A DNA stretch of 64,000 nt from Felis catus (taxonomy: Eukaryota), in contig NC_058368.1 of NCBI RefSeq assembly GCF_018350175.1, positions 201,874,001-201,938,000 on the forward strand. Reading direction: 5' to 3'. Both the position numbers and the translations under genes were made by a program. How positions within the stretch are numbered: the first letter of the stretch is position 1; every line of letters begins with the position of its first letter. Below are positions 11,811 to 23,389 of the stretch, in pieces. Under the pieces are notes generated by a model. The model did not search any database. It was not told the DNA's origin and was given only the letters and a program-made list of their open reading frames with translations.

Positions 11811-14514
11811 TGACACTATTGTTAGTGTTACACGTGATGTTCTAAAACATTTACATGAACAGAAAATCCTAAAAGATGGGGCGGGGGGCGGGACACACTT
11901 CCAAAGATGCCACTCTACCAATGACCACGTGAAAGAGTGTCTGTCCCTACAATAAAAGGTATATGGGTATATATATACACATATACACTATATATATGTA
12001 TATACACTCTGCACATTCTGCCAGATACTAAGTTTCTAACTCATTAGTAATGTCTAATATTAGATTTCTTGTCCTACAGTCATACTCCTTGATTAGAAAA
12101 CTCCGTTTAACAAACATTTCTGTATTCTCATATCCTTTCTAAAAGGAAGACATTGTTACATTCTTGGGTGAAAAAAACAGTGAGGTCTCAAAAGAGTATA
12201 ATACAATCTGGATGTATATACTTTATATGAATACAGACATAAACACTTCTGAAAGAATAAACTCTAATACTTTAATAGAAGATGGAAAAATCGTGTGTTT
12301 CTTTTTGTTTTTTGTTGGCTTATCTCTTCTTTTAAATTTTTTTTTTTTTTTACTATCAACACTATTTGTGTATTTTTAAAATCTCAGTTGTATCCTCACA
12401 ATACTTCCCTTGCTGGAAGCTCACAATCAGGGAACCCCCCAAGGTCCACGGCCAGGCCCATCGCGCTCCCTTGCCCAATCCTTGTCTTTCTTGACTCAGC
12501 CTGCTCTCCCATCTCTAGTAGCTGTCACTACCCACTTTACCCTTTCTGTGTCTCCTACCACACTAACTGCGTGACTGATGGCAAGTGAGATGAAGGACCA
12601 GAAGAACCCCAAACCTTTGTGGGTCTTAAGGATTTTGCTGTCCATCGATAAGGGAGAAAGGAGGAGGCAGGAGATCAGAAGCATGACAAGTATGGGGAAG
12701 GAATGACTTTTGCATAAACTTGCAAACTGTCTAGAGTTGAGGCCAGACGCTGGCACACCCCTGAAACCAGCAGCAGTGCCGAGAAGGTGCCCATGGCAGG
12801 CCCTGAACCACTGACGGCTGTGAAGTTACTCTAAGGAACCCGGAAATCAGAGGTGTTACAAGGAGCATTGCTAGAATAAAGTGATCTAGGCTGCATACAT
12901 ACCATATGTTTTCAAGCACTTGAAGATGGTACTAATAACCAAATTCGTAACATTTAACACCTCCTTTCTCATTATTTCTCAATGAAATGACACTAAAACT
13001 ATCACTCACAAATAAGTATCCACAGAATCTTTCAATGTTAAAGTGTCCCCATGGTCAAGGAGGCCGAGAAACCTACTGTAGCGCAGGTTTTGGTGTGACA
13101 GAACAGGGTTTACTCCGTAGCTTCTTCACCAAACTGAGTACATCTCAGCATGTTTCTTAAACTCTCTAAGCCTCAGTTTGTACATCTGAAAGTGAGAAGA
13201 AGAATTCCTTGTACCTTCCCATGAGGCAAAACTAACTGAACTCGATCTCCCAGCTGACCATCGGCTCTCCCTCATTCCTCACCGAAAGTCGACCGACGCA
13301 GCAGAACGGCAAATGTTAACGGGCACTTCAACCTCCACACGAAAGGCCAATTCACTAGGCCACTGGCCAGCCCAGACACAGCTGCCTCTGGGCATTTCCT
13401 CTTATCCACAGAAACATAAAACATACACATGTAACAAAAATTCTCAATAGTATTTCTTTATTTGAATAGTAGCATGTAAGGTCAACCTTTGCCTTTAGAA
13501 CAAAGTGTAACTTGTTCTTAGAATGTGTGACACAGAGACAATGGCTTAATTTATCTACAACCTGAACTGAAAATTATTCTTTAAATATGTCCTCAATGGT
13601 TTAGAGAAAATGATAGTTAAAGAATTCAAGATAATCATGTACTATCTCTCCTTAAGATTCCCACCTCCTTTCATGGTGAAGTAAGTCTAGCTTACCTGAA
13701 AGGACACTCTTAATGGAATATCAGAAGTTGATAAACACTTTAAATCAAAACAGCGAGATTTAAAAAATTTTAAATGCCCAACTGACATGCCACAATGAGA
13801 AATACATAGTAACAGATTCTAATGTAGTTAATGAAAACAATGCATTTTTCTCTTCAGGAAAAAAATGTCTTCTTTGCCATTAGCTATAAATCCATAAAGG
13901 ATTATCATGAAAGGGATTATGATTATTATACTAAAGCAACCTTTTATATATTGTTTTGGAGAACAAGCTTTCGGGGAGACAAAGCAATCACACCAACAGT
14001 CCCAAAGAGTTATTTTTCTTCTTTAACAGACGGTATGTTCTGCAATACAGACACAAGTCCCAGGTATTTAAATCAGAGACAGAAGAAAATACTATCCCTT
14101 AATAGGATTACATAGAAAAGGAAACCTCTCTTACTTGAAGAGCAACCATGGTACTGGTTCCTACAGTGAAAACTGATGTTATCTTAATTAGTTAATTATT
14201 CATCCCAACCCCCCTGGCTTTGCTCCTGGAGGCATTCATACCTTTTCCACCTCTTGCTGTGTTAACACCAGTTCAATAATTTGCTGATAAAGAATCTTAC
14301 TGCAGCATCTAACAGATCTTAGAGATTGTCTGGCTCACTCCCTCATTGTACAGATAAGTAAACTGAGCCCAAAAGAACTCAAGTATCTTACTGAAAATAA
14401 GCTAGTTATTTGAAAAACCGACCCACAGCATTCCCCAGGCCGCACCTCTCACTGGGTGAACAACCTAACTGTGAAACTGACTACTCAAGTAGATATCTAC
14501 CTGAATAGGTATCT

Positions 14515-14545
14515 GGGAGAGAATGGGAGAGAATGGGAGAGAATG
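14515..14545. repeat. 10-bp tandem repeat x3
   Basis: (gggagagaat)3. Confidence 0.85.
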
Positions 14546-15808
14546 TGTTCAATGGGCCACACGGGGTGTTTTAACTGCTAAAATAATCCAAAAGGATATA
14601 CACCAACCTCCTTGGGACAGTCAGTGCAGGAGCAGCATTAATTCAGCTGAATCTCCTCTCGGTTATTCTTTTTATTCATAATTACAAAGATGACAGCACC
14701 CCAATAAATTAAGAAGTATGGTAATTTCATTCTCTCGCAGTAAGTACACATGTTATATGTGTTATATTTTCAACTAGTTAATCAAATCAATACACCAATC
14801 CTGAGGCTTAGGCTGTACATACGGGAAATGTGATAACCGTCTTAATTAAAGCTTTTTTGAGATCTAGACTTCAGCACAGATCCTAAGCATTTTAAAGATT
14901 CACATTAATTCCAACCTTAAAAAAAATGTATTTACAGAAGAAAGCTTCTTTTGCAATTTGTATGTTCATAAACATTTCCATTAGCTAAGCGATATTTTGG
15001 AATGTGATCAAATGATACTGCGTGTCACGTCCTAACAGCAAGGCTAAATCTCTGACAGTTCTCACATGTGGCCACTGCTCTTTTAAACCCGTGTCCCAGA
15101 AAATCCTAACTTAACAAGTGAAGACAGCAAGTCATATTTTAATGGCTACCTTTCACTGTAACTCTACTTCCCAAATACAAAATTGGAATCGGACTGCTCT
15201 CACACTGTTAACAGTCGAGTACTAACATAGGCATCTGTCCTACCTCCCCCTCGAGAGAGAAGTGATACACTCCAGCGACACAGAACTTCCAAATTCTTTC
15301 CAAAACTAAATGTGAAAAACAAAATACCACTCCTTAAAAAAAAAAAAAAAAAAAAAAAAAGCATGGAGAATTGGGAGACTGAATATTTACGTCAACCTTC
15401 AGAAAATATGGAAACGTGCAGCCCCAACTCACCAGGAAAATTATTATTTGTGATCGAACTACTTTGTGACATCTTTCATCTTTTATGTATTTCACTTCAT
15501 ACCTAGTATTCCGGTTCTGCACCCGCTTAACTCCATCAACCCCCAAACGTCTCAAGAAGCTACTACAGCAGAACATGAACAGCGCGAGAGTTCTGCTCAT
15601 TGCCTGTGGCGTGATCTGAGACACACTTGAATCAGGCATATTTATTTCCTCTCTGTTATTCAGAACGGAGGGACCTCAAGTTCGGGATGTGGCTAAAGGA
15701 CAGCAACAAGAAAAAAAAAAAAAAAATACCCAAACAAGGAACATGCTAAGAACAAAGGAAACACAAGCCTGTGAACAGGAAATGAAGCGACTCTATACAC
15801 ACAAATAC

Positions 15809-15863
15809 CTTTTGGGGCCGCCAACGTAGGTGAAAGTAAAGGTGGAGTCTGAGTATCTGAAAT
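15809..15863 (-). CDS. PARP8: PARP8 second coding exon, 55 nt
   Basis: Acceptor ttttccgtttcag|AT, donor AAAG|gtattt; the phase-1 junction restores GAT and gives DFRYSDSTFTFTYVGGPK, continuing the PARP8 sequence. Confidence 0.95.
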
Positions 15864-16080
15864 CTGAAACGGAAAAGTCCTGTTAAAAGCTACCCCTTAA
15901 CTGGGTTATTAACCCCGGTCAGGACTTGGGCCCCCTATTTGGTGGAGCCAAGGGAAGGCCTGGCGGGGCGGCAGGCGTGGGCAGGAGAGCCGCGCGGTCC
16001 CCTCTCCGCGCCACGCCGAAGGGGATGCTGCGCACCCCGGGCCAGGTGCCGCGGGAGGCCGCCCCCCGCAACAAGTGCCG

Positions 16081-16126
16081 GGTGCCATGGCAACGGCGGG
16101 AATTTCCCGGTAGGGGCGGCCGGAAG
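16081..16126. promoter_or_regulatory. RFX X-box + NF-kB + GC-box + ETS motif cluster in intron 1
   Basis: GGTGCCATGGCAAC 16081-16094; GGGAATTTCCC 16098-16108; GGGGCGG 16113-16119; CCGGAAG 16120-16126. Confidence 0.55.
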
Positions 16127-16834
16127 CTGCCCCCGCGGAGCTCGCGGCTGAGAAAGCAAAATCCGATCCCTCTCCCGGGGGAGCAAAATGGACGAAAGGC
16201 GACCCCCAGGCAGGGGAGCAGGGCGCCTCGGAAACCCCGGGAGTCCCTTCTCTTTCCGGGGCAACGCGCTGCCAGTCGCTGGGGACTAGCTGGAGCTGAA
16301 GGCGGGGAGACCCGGCCAGCGCTGCCCCCCGGGGGCCTCGGCGCCGGGCGCAGCCAGCCAGCGCAGCGTAGCGCAGCGCAGCGGGCTCCATTCCCGGCTG
16401 CCGCCGCTCAGCCCATTGCGCAAACCCGCGGGTCCTCCCCTCCCGGCTCGGCCGCCGCTGCCGAAAGCCCGGAGGCGGGCTGGGACGCTCCGGGCATCCA
16501 CAAGGGGTTGAAAAGACTACGCACGGCTCCTCCGGCTAGACCCCGGCTCGGGCCACGGTGGTTCTGCCCCCAGAGCTGGTGGCCGCCCCAGACTGGGGGG
16601 GAGGGGGGAGCGGGGAGGGGGGGAGGGGAGTAGGGGAGAGGCTGGCGCCCCCTCCCCCTTTTGGCTCCCGCTCCCGCTGCAGCAGCTGTTGCCAAATGAA
16701 CCCCGGAACGGGGACGTGCAACCCACCCCCAGCCCGAGCCACACACGTCGCGGTCAGAAAACTGGGAAGGGGGGCGGCGGGCGGGCAAGGGAAGCTGGCT
16801 CTGGGTCGGAGCCTCCGGAAAGGCGAGAACTCAC

Positions 16835-16925
16835 CTGCAAACAGGCAGTCCTTTTCGGCTCTGGACTTCTGGATCACGACGTCGATATCCTTCTGAATTC
16901 GCTCTTGCCTTGAACACATCCCCAT
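16835..16925 (-). CDS. PARP8: PARP8 (mono-ADP-ribosyltransferase, ARTD16) first coding exon, 91 nt
   Basis: ATG at 16925 gives MGMCSRQERIQKDIDVVIQKSRAEKDCLFA+G, recognised as the mammalian PARP8 N-terminus; ends at donor CAG|GTGAGT (intron starts 16834); lies in CpG island. Confidence 0.96.
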
Positions 16926-17080
16926 TAAATAAATCCCTGGAAAAGAAGCAGCCGCTATTTCCACCCCACCCCACCCCCCTCGCACGCTTCCAGCTTTCGC
17001 AAATATTCAGTTAAAAATGAAACCTCTGGCCGAGGCAGGGGCTGAAGGCGAAGTGGTTTCGGAAGTGATCCTGGGTGAGA

Positions 17081-17117
17081 GAGGAGGAGGTGGTGGAGGA
17101 GGAGGAGGAGGGGGAGG
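17081..17117. repeat. (GGA)n/(CCT)n imperfect trinucleotide repeat near PARP8 5' UTR
   Basis: gaggaggaggtggtggaggaggaggaggagggggagg. Confidence 0.9.
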
Positions 17118-17657
17118 TCGGCTTTGCATTCCCAGATGTGACCGCCCAGCTGCTGCTCGCCACTGCTGGATTCCAATTTCCTCCCCTCCTGACAATGGAT
17201 GGTGATGACACCGAGTCTCACTTTCTCCCTCCCCCGCCCGGACCAACGGCCGTGGGGGGCCGAAGGTGCTGGAGACGGCCGGAGAGCGATCACCGGCGGG
17301 GCGGCGGGAGCCGGCGAGGGGCGAGCCCCGCTCCGCCTCACGCGCGCACACCCCTCGCGGCCCGCACGCCGGCCTTCCACACCCGCGCACACTCGCGCCC
17401 GCGGGCGGCGGCGGCCGTGCCGAGGCTGCTGCTGCAGCGCCGCCCGCTGCAGACCCTCCCGCGCCCAGTCACCGGGTCCCGGCCGCCGGGGTGTGAATAG
17501 TATCCGCCATCCCCGGCGCAGGCTGGGCGTCCCCGCCCCGGCCGCCGCTCGCGCCGGGGGCTGAGTGGGAATGTAGGTAGTGAAGACTCCCCGGGGCTCC
17601 CAGCCTGCCCCCCCTTCCACCACTTTTATGAATTCGACTCCACTTTCGGAAGGGATT

Positions 17658-17666
17658 ATGAGTCAT
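17658..17666. promoter_or_regulatory. AP-1 site
   Basis: ATGAGTCAT at the upstream edge of the CpG island. Confidence 0.4.
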
Positions 17667-17940
17667 ATGGAAAACCCAAACCGGAGTGGCTGGGAGGGAG
17701 GGGAAAGGGAAAAGAAAAATCTTTAAAAATCGAAAACAAATAAATGAAACGAACAAATCTTTCCTTCTTGCCCCATCAGGCAAGATGGAAAAAGCCTTGA
17801 CACGCCTCCAGACATACACCTTCCCGTGCCCTCCCTGCCGGAGTCTTTTTCTCCCAGATGGAAATAGTCCAGCCCCTTTGGGACACCCTTTAGGAAATGC
17901 AGCCCCTTTCGAGGGACTTCCTCTACTTCCAAACACTCAC

Positions 17941-18120
17941 CAGCTCTTCCCTCCTAGGGATTTCCGTCCACAAAAAATTGGCAGAGGCAACGAGCACGTG
18001 CCAGGGTCTCCCTAGAAGATGGATATCTGGCTTGTTTTAAAAAGCCACTCCTTTGCCGGTCAGGGGAAAGCTCCTACAATCTTGTTGTCTGGTTTAGAAG
18101 TGAGATACTGCTCTGATGCT
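17941..18120 (-). other. PARP8: Candidate upstream non-coding first exon of PARP8 (5' boundary uncertain)
   Basis: Consensus donor CTG|GTGAGT at 17941/17940 and a matching acceptor gcttcttttccag|GGATTTATTTAATG at 16937/16936, 11 nt before the ATG. Confidence 0.55.
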
Positions 18121-19819
18121 TACTCCCTGTTCTACCTAAGGACACGGCAGGGCTGATGTAGCCGTCCTGCCTCTATATTGCCACATGCCCTAGGACGAGC
18201 CTCCAATGGCACTTTTCTTGTTGTTTTGTCCTCCAGCGAGAAGGCTTCCCTGAGCAGACCATGTCTCAGCTGGTTCTGCATTCCCAGGGCCTGGTGCAGT
18301 GCCTGAAATACAGGAGGCAGGCCTAAGTGTTGGTTGAATGCATGAACGGTGGTGCCTTGCAGCCTCTTTTCTTTCCGTGTAACACAATCTTAGCCAACTT
18401 CCTTATCAGCATAAGTATGCAGGAGTTGACAAACTGCCTCAGACCCTTAATCAGTCCAATTTGGATTCTGATTAAGCGGCAACATGATGTTTAGGAGAAT
18501 TAGAAATCGCTATCACCCCTGACACAACCTTAAGATTCCAGAGACAAATGCAGTGAGAAATCATATGTTCCAGTGTTGCAAATCCTTTATCCTGCAGAAA
18601 AGAAAACATGAAATGATTTGTCAAACAGCCTAGAACACATCACATTCATCATGAATTATGAGAGGAAATGTTCCTCTGCACTCAGGACCACTGCCATCTT
18701 TGATGTCAAAGTCACAATGCAGTACATTTTCTGCTCAGACCTGTCCTGAAACTTCCTGCGTAGGGCAGGGTAGGGCAGGGCAGGTTCATATTCTTTCTGG
18801 GCGTGTAGGCCCCTTGGCTACCAAAAGCACTTCCTTCTCTTCCACAGGGTATCACTTGTACTTCCCCCTGTCATTCTGTGCTCTCACTTCTCTACAAAGC
18901 TTAAGATCTATCAACTCCCCCAAATTTATTTGATGGTTATCTCTTTATCCACGAAGCTCGCATTCTCCAAGGAAAACCCTTACTACAAATAAATTTGAAA
19001 TAGTCTTAAACCTACCTGATGTTTTTTTGTCTGGATCACTTCTTGGTTTACTACTCCCTTCAAAAAATAGGGCTTCTTATGATTTGTCCTATATTTGATT
19101 TTCTTTTCAAGCCTCACAGGCTGCCCTGTTTTTGTTAAACAAAACTGACCTCACTCTGTGCATGCCCTTAAGGTGTGATATATTTAAATATTTTTAAATG
19201 TTAAGGGATAAGATTAAAAAAAAAAACCTTTCTTCCGTGGCATGCATTTTTGCAAGAGAAGTTTCTCTAATAAAAACCATGCAAAGCATCAGTGTTCCAT
19301 ACTAGATCTTTATGGCATAATTATTGCATACTCTGCCCACAGCCAATATCTCATTTACCTGACCTCATCTCAGACTCTCATTTAAAATTTAGCTTATTTT
19401 ACAGTGATTAAAAACTATATGCATGTTTGAGATGAGGAGGTTATATCCCTGCCTTAACCACTCCTGTGTGCACACACATACTCACATGCATTCAGGAACA
19501 CATCACATAATAGGGCCCTTAATCAGTTTGTTAAGTAAATAAAAGTCATTCACAATGAGAGAGAACTCTGGTAGTGTGCTATAGTAAATTCAAGATAATA
19601 ATCAATACGTTGGATGATTGGGTCTAGTCAAAAAAGTCCCACCAGGTTAGAAAAACAATCCCAAGCCAAAAAACAAAATTTATTAGAGGAAAAATGTAAA
19701 TTTTTCACCTATACTAAAAGACCCAGAAGCATAAGGCAATGGAAATGTAGCATTAAGTTCAATGGTTGTGACATAGTAACTAATAAGTCACACGTATCCA
19801 GAGGTTATGAGAACAGCCT

Positions 19820-19960
19820 GACTTTGCTCTATATGCTTTACATAGATTAACTCATTTAATATTCACAATACTCCTAGATGGTAGCTGTTCCTATAATTCT
19901 TCACATTTTACAAAAGAGGAAACTGAGGCACAAAGGAGTTGATTAACTTCTCGAAGCAGG
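19820..19960. mobile_element. MIR fragment
   Basis: ctcatttaatattcacaat...cattttacaaaagaggaaactgaggcaca core. Confidence 0.75.
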
Positions 19961-21169
19961 GACATAGACTGCAATTAACTTTTTCCTTTCTCCAAAACGT
20001 TCAGCAGTTGAGCTGAACTTTGAGAAAAATAAACGTTCAGAAGTCTCACTTCAGAGTAAACTGGCCTCACCAATGGCAGCAGGCCAGGAGTTAAGCCAAC
20101 AAGAAGCCCTTTAATGGATTCTGAAACAGGCCTGGAGCCTACAGGCTCTCAAAATAGCCTCTACTAGTGGCAGTTATCTTTCCCTTTCCTGCATTGCACT
20201 TCCTTTCCCAAAGGAATCCCAGTCCTCAGTTACATCTGAAGAAAAGTCAAAGCCTGACCTCTGTTATTTCTTAGGAATTAAGAAAAGAGGTTGGGAGGCA
20301 GAATTAGCAAGAGAACAGCCCCCTTTCCCAAATGCATGATGGCGTCATCAGTAGCAAATGCCCCTGGGGACGCAAAGCAGCCTTGGTCAGCCTTGGAAAC
20401 CGCACTGTGATAATTTGCTTTTGAGGTAGAATGAGAGTGAAAAAAGGGAGAGAGAGAGCATGAGGGATCGCGATGGGAAGACATCACCAAGAGCCTTTAA
20501 GCCAACGGGAGGAAGTGGGGTTTTATATGAGAGAAATGGGAAGTCACTGGGATCTCAAAATTCTTTCCTATGATCTATAAGGCCTTCTTGCAGTGGCTCT
20601 GTAATGGACAGAAATCCATATAATTCAAAATGCCTGCTAGGCCCAACTGGCCTTTCCTAAATAAAGTGGATTTGGGCAATTCTTTCTGCAGTATTGCTTT
20701 GGGAGAAACTGATCCTGCTACCCTAACCTCATTTGGTAGGTCTAGCAATCAAAGTATGAGCAAAACAAAGTCACCCTTGAATAAACTCGACAAAATGGAA
20801 GTGAATTTTAGGTAGTTTGATGTGGAATTTGTCTCAATTTGGTCTTTACCATATCGCCTAACCTAAGGTCAAATGGAGCATCGTGTTGGTTTCGTTGAGA
20901 TTTGATAGCCCTTTCTAGCAACTTTAAGACACTTAACTAACACCAAAGCTGTAACAGAAAAACTGAACTGCTCTTTCTAGTTCCAGACTTCTCTTTAATT
21001 TCGTCCCATTTGTCTCTCCATAAACTTTAATTCCTGTTTCTACCATAGAAGCATCCTTGGCCCTCATTAAATTAGATGTCTCATCATCCCACTAAAACAA
21101 ACTCCCACTTCTCAGCTTGTACTCACACTTATTCATTCTACTTTGTTGTATACCTATCCCTTGGTTTAT

Positions 21170-22085
21170 TTTTAAAAGTGCGTAAATACTGCATGGATAT
21201 ATTCTCAGTGCAAACTATTTAAGCATATATTAATACAGAGAGTAAAATTTGAAAATTCCTACATATCTAAACCCCTAAATCCACTCCTGATCCCAAAGAT
21301 AATTAGTATTAATAGTTACAAGAGAATCTTTTCATTCTTGCATTTATATATCCACATATATATGTTCATCGGCTTATACATATACATCTTAATTTAAAAG
21401 GAACCACATAATACGTGTTGTTTTGCAACTTGATTTTTCCACTGTCTTGGAGAACTTCCTATGTCAGTGCAAGAGATCTAGCTCATTTCTCTCAGCTACC
21501 GTACAGAATTTTATTGAACCGACAGGCCATAATATACTTTAACCATGCCTCTGCAGTCATGATAGGCTTTTCAAAATGTTTTCTGATTAAAACAATTTGC
21601 AGTAAATGTATATCTTTATGCACAATTTCATCAGTTTCTTTGGAATACATTGGTATAAGTGGACTGACTGGATCACAGGGAATTGACAATTTAAAAATTT
21701 GATAGGTATAAACAAATTACTCTCAAAATAACCCTATTTTATATTCCACCAACTGTTTTTGAGATTACTAATTCTTGCATCATTCCCAGTAATAGGTACT
21801 ACAAATCTTTATCTTTTTTAGCAGGGAGGATGAAAAATATTCATCTTATTTTGTTGGTATTTCCCTGATTATTAGTGATATTGGGCATCTTTTCAAGTGT
21901 TTTTTGGTAAATGGTATAGTCTTTTGAGTGTACAAGTATAATTGAGTATGACTGTCTTAGCCTTTCTCTATTTTCTTATTGAGTTTTCTGACTTTTTATT
22001 ATTGATTTATAGGAGACCTTTATTTCAGATAGTAATCACGTTTCTGCCATAGATATGCTTTAGTCAGACAGAAACTTTAAATTTT
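21170..22085 (-). mobile_element. Ancient L1 (L1ME-like) 3' fragment
   Basis: ttttgcaacttgattttttccact, ttccctgattattagtgatattgggcatcttttc motifs. Confidence 0.65.
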
Positions 22086-22112
22086 TATTTATTAAAAATA
22101 ATAAACAATTTA

Positions 22113-22275
22113 GGGGCACCTGGGTGACTCACTCAGTTGAGCATCAGACTCTTGATTTTGGCTCAGGTCATGATCCTAGGGTGATGGGATCCAGCCTCTC
22201 ATTGGGCTTCACGATGAGCATGAAGCCTGCTTGGGATTCTCTCTCTCTCTAAAAAACAAACAAACAAACAAAACT
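22113..22275 (+). mobile_element. CanSINE (older type)
   Basis: Head, gatcctagggtgatgggat body, (CAAA)n tail. Confidence 0.88.
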
Positions 22276-22293
22276 TAAAGCTAACTTTTTCAA

Positions 22294-22486
22294 GGGTGCC
22301 TGGGTGGCTCAGTCAGTCAAGCGTCCCACTTCGGCTCAGGTCATGATCTCACAGTTCATGAGTTCGAGCCAGAGTCAGGCTCTGTAACTGACAGCTCAGA
22401 GCCTAGAGCCTGCTTGGGATTCTGTATCTCCCTCTCTCTCTGTCCCTCCCCTGCTCATGCTCTATCTCTTTCTCTCTCCTCCCTCC

Positions 22487-22532
<46 letters not shown>

Positions 22533-22560
22533 AATAAATAAACATTAAAAAAAAATTAAA
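22294..22560 (+). mobile_element. CanSINE with long (CT)n
   Basis: Head/tail; TSD taaagctaact. Confidence 0.92.
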
Positions 22561-23389
22561 GCTAACTCCTTCAGATCAAAACTACTTCCTCAAAAAAAAT
22601 CTTTCCTAACTTCACCAATTCACTAATATTTTTTCTTCCCTTGAATTCCCCATTTCTAGACTGTAAGTTCCCTGAAGGTGGGAACTGGTTTTACTCATCT
22701 TAGTAACTTCAGAAGAACTTTTGATGGAAATTATTTTAATAGGATGCAAAGGAAGTAGTGTAATGAATAATTGTTCAATTGACATGAAATCTTAATTACT
22801 CTGTTTTATTGTTGTTGTTTTAAGTTTCTTGAATATTTGATTGCCCTGTTACTCTATGTTTCCACTGCTCCTAAATAACCTTTGGCACAGTGCTGAGTAT
22901 ATACTGGTGAAACTCAGTACATATGCATTGATTAATTGATTTTCTTTTTGTTATGTTCTTGAATATTTCATGCTATCTCCACAGAAGAGAAGCATTTCTG
23001 TAAGAGTGTGCCATTGGATATTAATTTCATATTATATAATGATATTTCCCTCCAAATTGTTCCAGATTCAAGTAAATTTGTGGAAAGTGGATTAAATCAA
23101 TTTAAATAGGTTTCTCTCCAACTAATTTGAGCTTGTAATGTACCTAACTAAGAAGGATATATGGAATTTCCAAAGAGTTTTAGCTGGCTAACCATGTGGA
23201 GTTTTTGTTGATTGGTTGGTTTCTTGGCAGTGAATTGTGTTTCATGTAATTTCAATAATTTATCTGTTTCAAGTCAGGTAAAAACTTCCACTATATGCAT
23301 TCATTTTCTTCTTTGTGGTATCAGTTGTGAAGCATTTTTAACACTCATCCCAGGAAAGGCTTGTGATGATTGAAGTAGATTTTGAAGTA

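Larger units (their letters stand above)
1..15808 (-). other. PARP8: PARP8 large intron after coding exon 2 (runs beyond window)
   Basis: Donor at 15808; the expected next PARP8 peptide was not recognised between 15808 and 1; repeat-rich sequence. Confidence 0.85.
15900..17620. promoter_or_regulatory. CpG island / PARP8 promoter
   Basis: Abrupt rise in GC and CpG content relative to AT-rich flanks; GC boxes; ETS motif CGGAAGTG 17060-17067; spans first coding exon. Confidence 0.93.

Noticed and set aside
13497..13518. AGAACA...TGTTCT inverted half-sites
   Set aside because: Spacer is 10 nt, not the 3 nt of a steroid response element
16536..16985. 149-aa ORF as a single-exon protein
   Set aside because: It is PARP8 exon 1 read through the donor at 16834 and extended upstream from a GTG; the real frame splices to 15863
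15909..17936. Many long overlapping ORFs (up to 235 aa) on both strands
   Set aside because: By-product of stop-poor GC-rich CpG island; low-complexity Ala/Gly/Pro/Arg products; only the spliced PARP8 frame is recognisable
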